From NCBI GenBank assembly GCA_963692945.1, contig OY843585.1:810001-842000 (forward strand): DNA of 32,000 nucleotides. Reading direction: 5' to 3'. Positions 23,921 through 31,780 of the stretch are shown piece after piece. Positions within the stretch are counted from its first letter, which is position 1. Every line of letters starts with the position of its first letter. Made by a program: the position numbers and the translations under genes. The notes under the pieces are model-generated. The model was given only the letters and a program-made list of their open reading frames with translations, was not told the DNA's origin and made no database searches. This stretch comes from Bdellovibrionales bacterium (lineage in GTDB: Bacteria; Bdellovibrionota; Bdellovibrionia; Bdellovibrionales; UBA1609).

Positions 23921-25005
23921 ACAAGACGGCTTTGTATGAATCTCATATTCAACTAGGTGCAAAAATGATTTCTTTTGCAGGTTGGAAGATGCCTTTTTCT
24001 TACTCTAGTCCTAGAGAGGAGCATCTCAATGTCCGAAAGCATGGAGGGCTTTTTGATGTCTCTCATATGGGGGAAATTCGTATCAAGGGTAAGGATAGCC
24101 TCGCTTTTTTAGAAACTTTAGTTCCTAGTGATGTTCAATCTTTAACTCAAGGAAAAGCACAATACTCTGTTTTTTGTAATGAAAAAGGTGGGTTGATTGA
24201 TGATTTAATTATTTACTGTTTCGCGAAAGCCGAGGATTATCTTTTATGTGTTAATGCAGCTACAAAAGATAAGGATAAACAATGGTTGGAGTCTCATAGA
24301 AATCATCAAGAAGTGGAAATTCAAGATGAGAGTTCTTCTTGGGGAATGATAGCTGTTCAAGGTCCAACATCTATAAAACTTTGTCAGGAAGTTTTTCCTT
24401 CTATTGATTTTTATTCTATCAAAAAATTTCATTTTGAATTTCAAGAAGGTTGTATTTTTTCTAGGACAGGCTATACGGGAGAAGAGGGATTTGAAATTTA
24501 TATCCCTTGGCAACAGTGTGCGGAGGATTGGAAGAGATTTTTAAAAAAAAGTTCTGATTTTTCTATATTACCCATAGGTTTAGGAGCAAGAGATACTCTA
24601 AGACTTGAAATGGCCTATCTTTTATCGGGTCAGGATTTTGATGAATCTTATAGTCTTTTAGAATCGGGCTTATCTTGGGTGATGAAAAATCCTAAAAGTT
24701 ATATAGGGAAAGAGGCACTTTTAAAACAAAAAGAAGGGTCACAAAATGACATTCAACAGCGATTAAAGGGGTTTATTATGGAAGAACCTTTAGGTGTTCC
24801 GAGGAAGGGTTGTCCTATATTATCAGAAACGGGTGTATCTATTGGAAAAGTGACAAGTGGTGCTAAATCTCCGAGTCTTGAGAAAATGATAGGATTAGCT
24901 TATATAAAAAGTCAGGAAAAAAATTGTCTTGTGGATATTAGAGGTTCTAAAGTAAAGGCTCATATTGTATCAAGACCCATTTTAAAAAAGGAGAATAGAA
25001 AATGA
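23917..25005 (+). CDS. gcvT: Glycine cleavage system aminomethyltransferase (T protein)
   Basis: 362 aa. Motifs: TALYESHIQLGAKMISFAGWKMP, GLFDVSHMGE, TGYTGEEGFEI, GLGARDTLRLEM. Its start overlaps the folD stop. Confidence 0.9.
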   Translation: MNKTALYESHIQLGAKMISFAGWKMPFSYSSPREEHLNVRKHGGLFDVSHMGEIRIKGKDSLAFLETLVPSDVQSLTQGKAQYSVFCNEKGGLIDDLIIYCFAKAEDYLLCVNAATKDKDKQWLESHRNHQEVEIQDESSSWGMIAVQGPTSIKLCQEVFPSIDFYSIKKFHFEFQEGCIFSRTGYTGEEGFEIYIPWQQCAEDWKRFLKKSSDFSILPIGLGARDTLRLEMAYLLSGQDFDESYSLLESGLSWVMKNPKSYIGKEALLKQKEGSQNDIQQRLKGFIMEEPLGVPRKGCPILSETGVSIGKVTSGAKSPSLEKMIGLAYIKSQEKNCLVDIRGSKVKAHIVSRPILKKENRK

Positions 25006-25427
25006 GTATTGAAGAAACGCCAAGGCATCTTATGGTGCCAGAAGATAATTATTATTATACAAAAACTCACGAGTGGGTTTCCTTAGATGATAAAAACTCT
25101 ATCACTATTGGTATCAGTTATTATGCTCAAGATAGCTTGGGTGAGATTGTGAGTTGGAAACTTCCTCAAAAAGGACAATTCTTTGAGAAAGGTCAAGCCT
25201 TTGGCTGTGTGGAAAGCAATAAAAGTGCTAGTGATGTTTATATGCCTGTTTCAGGAGAGGTTGTAGAAATCAATAACAGTCTTACTCCAGGATTGATTAG
25301 CGATAATCCTATGGATGAGGGTTGGTTGATTCGTGTTGAAATTGCAAAGGAAGGGGAACTGGCTAGTTTGTTAAGTCCAGCGGCCTACCGAAAAATTTTA
25401 GAGGAAGAAGTTAAAAGTTTAGAATGA
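25002..25427 (+). CDS. gcvH: Glycine cleavage system H protein
   Basis: 141 aa. YTKTHEWV and the lipoyl-lysine motif VESNKSASDVYMPVSGEV. Confidence 0.9.
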   Translation: MSIEETPRHLMVPEDNYYYTKTHEWVSLDDKNSITIGISYYAQDSLGEIVSWKLPQKGQFFEKGQAFGCVESNKSASDVYMPVSGEVVEINNSLTPGLISDNPMDEGWLIRVEIAKEGELASLLSPAAYRKILEEEVKSLE

Positions 25428-25494
25428 TAGTTTTTGTGAATGAGTGGAGTTGGGATGACTTACTATTTTCAAAAGAGTTAAGAAATTAGAATAA

Positions 25495-25581
25495 GCCCAC
25501 GTGGCGGAACTGGCAGACGCGCTAGACTTAGGATCTAGTACCTTTTTTGGTGTGGGGGTTCAACTCCCTCCGTGGGCACCA
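25495..25581 (+). tRNA. tRNA-Leu (anticodon UAG), type II with long variable arm, CCA encoded
   Basis: Folded by hand. Acceptor gcccacg/cgtgggc, D-arm gcg-gaactggcaga-cgc, anticodon stem ctaga/tctag with loop cTTAGga, variable arm tacc-tttttt-ggtg, T-arm ggggg-ttcaact-ccctc, then a-cca. Confidence 0.9.
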
Positions 25582-25631
25582 TTTTTAGAAAAACTCCTTT
25601 AAATACAAGGCTTTCATGTCTTCAAAATGGC

Positions 25632-25653
25632 TTTTGGCGTGATTTTGGCGTGA
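25632..25653. repeat. 11-bp direct tandem repeat (ttttggcgtga x2) between the tRNA 3' end and the integrase stop
   Basis: Read directly. Candidate integrase/Xis arm-type site. Confidence 0.6.
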
Positions 25654-25685
25654 TTTTTTTTGAATCAATAAGTATTTTTATTTTT

Positions 25686-26825
25686 TTAACTATCTTGAAA
25701 AATTGCAGAAGCTGTTTTCTCTCCTGTATCTGAACTCAAAAGAGCGATAGTCTTTGCATACTTTTGAGTTACTTTCTGTTCTGTGTGACCAAGGCTTGCT
25801 TGAACTGCAGAAAGATTTTTTGTTTCCATTAAAGCAATCGTTGCAAATGTATGTCTTAAGATGTGAGTTGAACGCCAAGGAAGTTTTAATGCTACAAAAC
25901 CAGCATTGAAAGCTGATTGAATAGCGTTATACTTTAAAAGTCCTCCTTTGCTGTTTGTAAAGACTAAGTCATTTTGAGTTTCTTTTCTCATATCTTTAAG
26001 CATATCTTGTAATTTCTTTGGAAGGATAAGTAGTCTTGTTGATTGAGAAGTTTTTGTAACATCATCCAATTCAGGAGTTTTAGTCACTCTATCCCAACCA
26101 ACACGTCTTACAATCTGAATAGAGCCTCGTTCTAAATCTACAGCATCCCATTTTAAGCCACAGGCTTCACTTACTCTTGTGCCTGTAAGTAACATAAAAG
26201 TTGCAAGCTTGTAATAAACATAATTGCTTCTATTTTCTTTAAGCCACTCAACCCATCTCTTAGCGTCTTTTGGTTTAATATAATAATCAGGTCTTCTTGG
26301 TTTTTTGTGTCTTAAAAAACAATACTCTTTATGTTTTTTAGTGATAGGAACATTAAAATCTTCATTTAAAAAATTCCTATACCAATTTAAAATAGCTGTT
26401 AAACTTTTTAACTCTATAACAAAATTATTTCTTTTTTTACATTTAGCCGTTGGTTTTTGTTTTAACCAATCAATCCATTCAATAATTTTTACTCCTTTGA
26501 TCTCTGACATTTTTACATCTGCTAAAGGGCTATTGTAAAAATAAACTGAGTGTTGTTCGTACTTTTGAAAAGAATATTTCGTAATGCGAACTTTAGCATT
26601 TTTTAAAAACTTATCTACGCACTCCCTAAACTTCATTTGGTCGTTAAGACTTGTCGGACTAGATGTAAACTTATGCTTTTCATTTTCATGCCACAGCATA
26701 GCTTCTCTTTTTGTAGTGAAAGTTCTTGTAGAAACACGAACTCCCTCTATATAAACTTCAGCACGATATGAAATGATTGATTTTTTTTGATTTTTTACTT
26801 TGTAATTTCTTTTAGTTATTCCCAT
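25686..26825 (-). CDS. int: Tyrosine site-specific integrase
   Basis: 379 aa. N-terminal arm-binding-like segment (YRAEVYIEGVRVSTRTFTTKREAMLWH). Catalytic region LTGTRVSEACGL, HILRHTFAT, LGHTEQKVTQKYAK (R...HxxR...Y). Confidence 0.9.
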   Translation of the reverse strand: MGITKRNYKVKNQKKSIISYRAEVYIEGVRVSTRTFTTKREAMLWHENEKHKFTSSPTSLNDQMKFRECVDKFLKNAKVRITKYSFQKYEQHSVYFYNSPLADVKMSEIKGVKIIEWIDWLKQKPTAKCKKRNNFVIELKSLTAILNWYRNFLNEDFNVPITKKHKEYCFLRHKKPRRPDYYIKPKDAKRWVEWLKENRSNYVYYKLATFMLLTGTRVSEACGLKWDAVDLERGSIQIVRRVGWDRVTKTPELDDVTKTSQSTRLLILPKKLQDMLKDMRKETQNDLVFTNSKGGLLKYNAIQSAFNAGFVALKLPWRSTHILRHTFATIALMETKNLSAVQASLGHTEQKVTQKYAKTIALLSSDTGEKTASAIFQDS

Positions 26826-27096
26826 GTGGTTTCTCCTTTTGGTTTAACCACTTTTCTAAACTCCTTTCTCTAAAGAATTTCTTTCGTCCAATTTGGACGT
26901 AAGGAATCTTCTTTAAAGCTATCCAGTTACGAATAGTTTGAGGAGCCAATCTGAAAATAACTGCTAATTCCTCTACTGATATTAAGTTGTCAAAGAGCAT
27001 ATCTCTTGTTTGAGATTTATTTATCTTATCTTTTTTCTCTAAGTTAGACAATAAATTATCACTTTGAGTCATAAGGTCTAATTGTTTATCTTTCAT
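26812..27096 (-). CDS. xis: Excisionase-family HTH DNA-binding protein
   Basis: 94 aa. VEELAVIFRLAPQTIRNWIALKKIPYVQIGRKKFFRERSLEKWL is the typical MerR-like excisionase HTH. GGAGG lies 4 nt before the ATG. The gene overlaps the int start. Confidence 0.75.
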   Translation of the reverse strand: MKDKQLDLMTQSDNLLSNLEKKDKINKSQTRDMLFDNLISVEELAVIFRLAPQTIRNWIALKKIPYVQIGRKKFFRERSLEKWLNQKEKPHGNN

Positions 27097-27167
27097 AAAA
27101 CCTCCAGCATCTTGAAGAGTTTTATAAGCCCCTAATATAAGAGGCTTATAATCTCATTTCTCCATTA

Positions 27168-27419
27168 TTAAAACGGAGTTTTTTCATTCAAATCAGATTT
27201 ACCTTTTCGGGGTAAAAGAAAATATTCCCCTGACTGATTTTGGAGTTTTAATTTGATGTAAAACCCGTCTTTGTCTTTTCTACTCCAACAAGCTCCAACA
27301 CGAGTAAAACTCATCTTCTCATCATTTGATTTTTTGTCTGTGTATTTCTCACCACTGACAATGTCATATATCGGTTGACTTATTTTTTTGTTTGGCTTTA
27401 CGCCTCCTACATTACCCAT
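27168..27419 (-). CDS. Small DUF736-like ICE protein (83 aa)
   Basis: The ATG at 27419 is preceded by AAAGGAGGA. RVGACWSRKDKDGFYIKLKL resembles the DUF736 core (xIGAAWxKxSxxGxxYLSxKLD, from memory). The longer GTG-started 124-aa version in the ORF track is rejected. Confidence 0.45.
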   Translation of the reverse strand: MGNVGGVKPNKKISQPIYDIVSGEKYTDKKSNDEKMSFTRVGACWSRKDKDGFYIKLKLQNQSGEYFLLPRKGKSDLNEKTPF

Positions 27420-27583
27420 AATTTCCTCCTTTGTTTTGATTATGGTTTCTTTTTTTTCCTTCTTTTTTATCTTTAACTTTTTACATTTTATCCTCCTTGT
27501 TTTAATTAAACTTAATCTTCCCTCCACTCTTTCCTTACTCACTCACCCAACCACTAACCACACCAACCACACTCCCAACCCAC

Positions 27584-27631
27584 CTCCTGACCACCCTCAA
27601 TTATCGCAAGATGAGTGGGGGTGGTCAGGAG
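27584..27631. other. GC-rich perfect 13-bp inverted repeat (ctcctgaccaccc / gggtggtcaggag) with a 22-nt loop; candidate oriT or regulatory hairpin
   Basis: Read directly. It is extendable to about 16 bp with one bulge. It is flanked on the left by a C/A-rich tract (27520-27583), which is unusual for this AT-rich DNA. Confidence 0.5.
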
Positions 27632-27723
27632 TGGGTATCCTTAAAACTTTAGTGTTTTTAATTGGTTATAAAAAATCTTAAAAAAAGTATTTTAGTAGTA
27701 ACTTTAGTTCCAATGTAAGATTT

Positions 27724-29247
27724 TTAATGGGTTAACCAAACTTTAAACAAATCCTCCCTGTGTCTTTTTTTATCAATCAAAATCGCTTCACCAATAGACA
27801 ATCTTTTAAATACGTCAAACTCAATTTTCATTTCCCGAACTTCTCTTAAACTACCTTTTCCAGTTAGCTCTTCATTTAAATTGGTATCTTCTAATTGATA
27901 AGTTTTCTTGTTTGATTTAAAAGTTCCAGCCATTTCGGAAAAAACTTCTACATCATTTGGAATATCTTGTCGGAACAAAATTTTATAAATTGTGTTCCCT
28001 AAAATTTGATTTTTAAACTCAAGATTAACCACATCTAAGTCTGAAAGTCCTTGAAAAAAAAGATGAAGAGCCATACGAGAAGATCTTGCCATTTTCAAAA
28101 AATCTGCAAAGTCAGAGGTTGCAAATGACCCAAACTCATCAATAAAAATGGGACAAAAATCATAATCAAAAGTTCTTTGACCACATTGAATTTGGTTAGA
28201 TAGAACTTTTAAATCTTGCACTATCATTTTTCCAATAGACCTAGATAAACCTCCATAGCCGTTTGTGTTCATCTGGAAATAGGCAATTTTTTTATGTTGA
28301 AGAACATCACATAAAGAAAGATTAGGTTTCAAGCTATCACTTTTTGGGGACAAAATCTCAGAAAATCTAGGACTATCAAAAGAAGATATTTGGGCTAACA
28401 GCCCTGCTAAATCTTCCTTTTTAATTTGAAGAGTAGAGTTTAAAAAAAGAAGCATATCACTTTTTTTATCACTCTTAGATGCTTTTATTTCTTTATTAAG
28501 AAATTCAATATAAATTTTATCTGATAAAAGTTTTCTTAATAAATTAAAAGTAATAGTCTTATTTAAAAACTTAAGTGTAGATAAAATAGCACTAAGCCAT
28601 AAGGCACTCTGAGCTCTATAGTAAGAATGTTCAAAATAAAGTCCGTCAATCAAACGAGCTTTAATTTGTTCTGCTGTTCCATTTTGCAAAGGATTATAAG
28701 AACAACTCTCATTAGGAAAAGAGAGAGAAAAAAGAATGAAATCATCTTTTTTTCTATAAAGCTTTGCCTTTTCTCTTATCTCTAAGGTGTCTTCTTTTTG
28801 CCCTTTTGGGTCTATGATAATTGCAGGATGATTGTGTTTTAAGGAATGATTAAGTAAAGTTTTTAAAAGAGTTGTTTTTCCAACTCCCGTTGCTCCTGTG
28901 ACGATTGTATGTTCACACCTTGCTTTTAAATCTAAACATATTGGTTTTTTGTCTATTAGACTTAAACCAATAGGAGTTTTGTTCTTATCTTTAAAAATAG
29001 TTTCTAAATTTTTAAAGTTAAGATTTTTTGCCGCTAAATCCTCTTCTGTGATCTTTTTTATATCTTTTTTAATTTCTTGTTTAAAAATATGTTTCTTAAT
29101 CAAATTAAAAAATAAACTCCAAAAAAACTTTAAAAGTTCTAAAAGTAAATCAATTAAAATTTCAAGAGCATTTGTTAAGAGTTTAAATATCCCCTCAAAA
29201 AGTTCTTCAAACGGGTTTAACTCTCTTTCTTTTTTAAAGCTGTCCAT
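27724..29247 (-). CDS. Type IV secretion coupling protein (TraD/VirD4-like T4CP)
   Basis: 507 aa. N-terminal hydrophobic segment, Walker A HTIVTGATGVGKTT, YNPL, Walker B PIFIDEFGSF, LFFQGLSDL. Confidence 0.7.
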   Translation of the reverse strand: MDSFKKERELNPFEELFEGIFKLLTNALEILIDLLLELLKFFWSLFFNLIKKHIFKQEIKKDIKKITEEDLAAKNLNFKNLETIFKDKNKTPIGLSLIDKKPICLDLKARCEHTIVTGATGVGKTTLLKTLLNHSLKHNHPAIIIDPKGQKEDTLEIREKAKLYRKKDDFILFSLSFPNESCSYNPLQNGTAEQIKARLIDGLYFEHSYYRAQSALWLSAILSTLKFLNKTITFNLLRKLLSDKIYIEFLNKEIKASKSDKKSDMLLFLNSTLQIKKEDLAGLLAQISSFDSPRFSEILSPKSDSLKPNLSLCDVLQHKKIAYFQMNTNGYGGLSRSIGKMIVQDLKVLSNQIQCGQRTFDYDFCPIFIDEFGSFATSDFADFLKMARSSRMALHLFFQGLSDLDVVNLEFKNQILGNTIYKILFRQDIPNDVEVFSEMAGTFKSNKKTYQLEDTNLNEELTGKGSLREVREMKIEFDVFKRLSIGEAILIDKKRHREDLFKVWLTH

Positions 29248-29923
29248 TGACCCATTCCTTCAGGTTAAAGTTTCCGTGATAGCGAGAATAAGGCTGTTTT
29301 AAATAGTTGTAGTAAGTCACAGCAAATGAGTCTTGATACTCAAAGACTTGTAAAAGACTATCTTTCATCTTCTTTTTTAAAACAATATAAAGGATATGAG
29401 TATAAGAAGACCTTAAATAGCTAGCAATTTTCTTCTCATATCTATCAAGACTTTTTAAATTAAGTTCCAACTCAACAGCTAATTTATAACTATCTCCTTT
29501 TATAACAAAATCAGGATAAGGTTCCTCAAAGCTTTCATATATTGTACCTTTCAAATTTTTTAGTTCATTTTCATAAAGTCCTTTTTGTTCTAAAAGACGT
29601 TCTAGTTTTTCTTTTACTTGAAAAAGTAAAACTTGATGAGTTGCTTTATAAAAAGAGGGTCTTCTTTTTTTATGAATTTTTCTCAAACCTTTTTTGTTTA
29701 AATAGATGATTTTTCTATTTGAAGGAATTTGAGAAAAAAGACTTTTCAGTTTTGTCTGATTGACTCTTATCATAGACAAGAAATCATTATTTCTAAGTTT
29801 TGATATTTTTTGCGAACAAGCTGAGTCACTTCTAAAAAATTTCTTTCTTATATCAGATAAAAAACAAAATTCTTGATTGCCTACAAAATGAATAATATCT
29901 TTTTCTTTTTCACTTAAAATCAT
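29234..29923 (-). CDS. Replication-relaxation (Replic_Relax)-like protein: N-terminal wHTH plus C-terminal PD-(D/E)xK-like core
   Basis: 229 aa. The wHTH is EKDIIHFVGNQEFCFLSDIRKKFF...ISKLRNNDFL. YPDFVIKGDSYKLAVELELNLKSLDRYEKKIASY fits the family pattern PD-x(n)-E-x-D/E...kl..Y, recalled from memory. Confidence 0.45.
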   Translation of the reverse strand: MILSEKEKDIIHFVGNQEFCFLSDIRKKFFRSDSACSQKISKLRNNDFLSMIRVNQTKLKSLFSQIPSNRKIIYLNKKGLRKIHKKRRPSFYKATHQVLLFQVKEKLERLLEQKGLYENELKNLKGTIYESFEEPYPDFVIKGDSYKLAVELELNLKSLDRYEKKIASYLRSSYTHILYIVLKKKMKDSLLQVFEYQDSFAVTYYNYLKQPYSRYHGNFNLKEWVNGQL

Positions 29924-30209
29924 TTAACCCTCTTTTTTTACTTTCTTCTTTTAAAAGTTTTTCAATTTTAATTTTTGTTTTTGGATTTTTTAAAGCATTG
30001 GATAAAAGAAATTCTATAGGAGTATACTTTGTTATAAATTTTTGTTCCATTTCAGGAGTTAAATTTGAAAGTAACTCTGTTAAAAGAAGATTCCTTATTT
30101 GAGAAGGTCTTTTTTTCCAACCTCTAACAAGCAATTTATCACTTATTTCTTTAAGCCTTTCTTTGTCTTTAGAAGTTACATTGAATTTTATAACACTATC
30201 TTTTTCCAT
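29910..30209 (-). CDS. Putative ribbon-helix-helix accessory DNA-binding protein
   Basis: 99 aa. A beta-strand-like IKFNVT followed by the helix SKDKERLKEISDKL. Its position next to the relaxation and coupling genes fits this role. Confidence 0.3.
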   Translation of the reverse strand: MEKDSVIKFNVTSKDKERLKEISDKLLVRGWKKRPSQIRNLLLTELLSNLTPEMEQKFITKYTPIEFLLSNALKNPKTKIKIEKLLKEESKKRGLNDFK

Positions 30210-30220
30210 AACATCCTCCT

Positions 30221-30817
30221 TTATTTTATGATGATTTTTATAGGTTTAGTTTGTTTGATAACTAAATACTCACTAAGTTCTTTTTTCTCTTTTTCTATAA
30301 GGTTTATTTTTTGACTATCAAAAAAATGAAAAGACCTTTTAAACAAAAAACTTAAGTTTTTTGGTAATTCTAAGAAGAAATTAAGAAGTATTTCTTTTAA
30401 AAAAGCTTCTTTTTTATCTCCTTGTAAAATAATAGGAAAAACATCAATAGGAATTGTTTTTTCATTTAAAAGAACTTTATTCAAAGAAACAAGAGCGTTG
30501 CTTGTATTTTGTAAAGCTTTTATTTCACCAAGAAATAAAGATTTAGGTTTATAAACTTTTACATAAACTGGAAGAGCCGTTTTGTCTGTAGCAAAAACTT
30601 CTTTTTCCATATAACCTTTTAAAATTGTTCCTTTTTTAAAAAGAGTGCTACTAGAGTGAATTAAGAAATTCTCATTAAATTTAAACCCTGTTCTTTTCAT
30701 AACAAAAGACGAGTCTTTTTTCTTCTTCTCTTTTACTATAGGATTTTTAAGATTAAAAATGATTTCAGAGTGAGCATAAAAACTTAATAAAAAAAGTGTT
30801 ATCATTTGATTCTCCAA
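30221..30817 (-). CDS. Small exported VirB10/TraB-like protein (C-terminal barrel region only)
   Basis: 198 aa. Signal peptide MITLFLLSFYAHSE. KGTILKGYMEKEVFATDKTALPVYVKVYKP...LGEIKALQNTSNALVSLNKVLLNEKTIPI follows the TrbI/VirB10 pattern (GT-I-a-L...pV-a-V...G-a...r-v-f-l...I). Confidence 0.35.
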   Translation of the reverse strand: MENQMITLFLLSFYAHSEIIFNLKNPIVKEKKKKDSSFVMKRTGFKFNENFLIHSSSTLFKKGTILKGYMEKEVFATDKTALPVYVKVYKPKSLFLGEIKALQNTSNALVSLNKVLLNEKTIPIDVFPIILQGDKKEAFLKEILLNFFLELPKNLSFLFKRSFHFFDSQKINLIEKEKKELSEYLVIKQTKPIKIIIK

Positions 30818-31257
30818 GAGCTTTTAAGGATTTTTTTTATATCTTTAGATTTATTGATTTTTATAGATTTATAATGGGAAAAAGATTTTATTTGAGGATG
30901 TTTTATTTTAGATTGAAATAACACTTCAACTAAATCATTATGTGTGATTTTTGAAGGAACAATATCAAATATCAAGTAAGATTTTTTACATTTAACTAAA
31001 AGATTTGTAGGCTGAGATTTCCATTTTTTTAAAAGAAGATGAATTTCTTTTTTACCCATAGAAACAGATAAATCATTAGGGGAACCTACTAAAACCTTAT
31101 TGATCTCACAAGGGACTTGTAAAACAGAGATTCTTCCTGCTGAAAGATAGATTCTTAAAGCACTATCTTCTTTTAAAATAACTCTATTGACTCTTTTAAA
31201 TCCATAAGATGAGAATCCTATAAGAAATAAACTACTTAACTTTAATATCAGATACAT
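30802..31257 (-). CDS. Small exported VirB9/TraK-like protein
   Basis: 151 aa. Signal peptide, then RISVLQVPCEINKVLVGSPNDLSV...PTNLLVKCKKSYLIFDIVP, which resembles the VirB9/CagX N-domain (TNL-V-T-x-r-Y-F-L). Confidence 0.35.
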   Translation of the reverse strand: MYLILKLSSLFLIGFSSYGFKRVNRVILKEDSALRIYLSAGRISVLQVPCEINKVLVGSPNDLSVSMGKKEIHLLLKKWKSQPTNLLVKCKKSYLIFDIVPSKITHNDLVEVLFQSKIKHPQIKSFSHYKSIKINKSKDIKKILKSSWRIK

Positions 31258-31780
31258 AATATCTCCAAGGATTTTTATAATTTCTTTGATTGTTTGATAA
31301 ATGAATGACTAATTTTTTAAAACTTTTATCTGTTTTTCCTTTTTTAAATTTAATATTTTCAACTTTTATTTCATAAGTTCTATCTGTAATTTCTTTAACC
31401 TCTATAATCTGCGTTGTTTGTATGATTTGATTTTCTTTGATATAAAAACTAGTTTTTATAAAATCCTTTCTTTGTTTATTCCATAAAGCATCTGACATCA
31501 TATCACCTGCTTTTGATATATTTTTATCATAAGAATTTTTATCAAAATTGAGTGAAAGACCTATAAAATGTCTAAGAAAATTTTGAACTTCTAAATTGGT
31601 TTCTTTTTCTTTTTTTAAGACTTCAAAAAAACCTCTATCTTTTGTAATAACTAAAATCTCATTTTTTTGATTAAAAATTAAAATACTCATAAAGCTTGCC
31701 CATAAAAATAAACAAATAAACAAACTAGATAAAATAAATTCTTTTTTATATAGTTTAAATATCAACATCTTGACCCTCAT
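31232..31780 (-). CDS. VirB8/TraE-like bitopic T4SS protein
   Basis: 182 aa. One N-terminal TM (LSSLFICLFLWASFMSILIF). The periplasmic part has a pattern colinear with my recollection of F TraE (FLRHFIGLSLNF...; TYEIKVENIKFKKGKTD...LVIHLSNN). Confidence 0.4.
   Translation of the reverse strand: MRVKMLIFKLYKKEFILSSLFICLFLWASFMSILIFNQKNEILVITKDRGFFEVLKKEKETNLEVQNFLRHFIGLSLNFDKNSYDKNISKAGDMMSDALWNKQRKDFIKTSFYIKENQIIQTTQIIEVKEITDRTYEIKVENIKFKKGKTDKSFKKLVIHLSNNQRNYKNPWRYYVSDIKVK

Noticed and set aside
24244-24513. Antisense ORF inside gcvT
   Set aside because: It lies opposite a clearly conserved gcvT frame.
25690-26538. ORFs 25690-25878 (-) and 26305-26538 (+) within the integrase gene
   Set aside because: One is out of frame and one is antisense to the integrase frame, which carries the R..HxxR..Y catalytic motifs.
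27122-27151. Inverted repeat ttataagcc-N12-ggcttataa after the DUF736-like gene as an intrinsic terminator
   Set aside because: The 9-bp AT-rich stem has a long loop and no following U-tract on the transcribed strand, so it is at best a weak attenuator.
27388-27681. Plus-strand 97-aa ORF and the GTG-started 124-aa version of the minus-strand gene (to 27542)
   Set aside because: The plus ORF translates the C/A-rich tract and the hairpin into low-complexity TNHTNHTPNPPP. The long minus version starts at GTG without an RBS and adds a poly-Lys stretch. The ATG at 27419 has a perfect AAAGGAGGA RBS.
28898-30314. Plus-strand ORFs 28898-29302 and 30099-30314
   Set aside because: They are antisense to the T4CP, Replic_Relax and RHH genes. 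Their hydrophobic, low-complexity translations are typical of the reverse of Lys-rich coding DNA.
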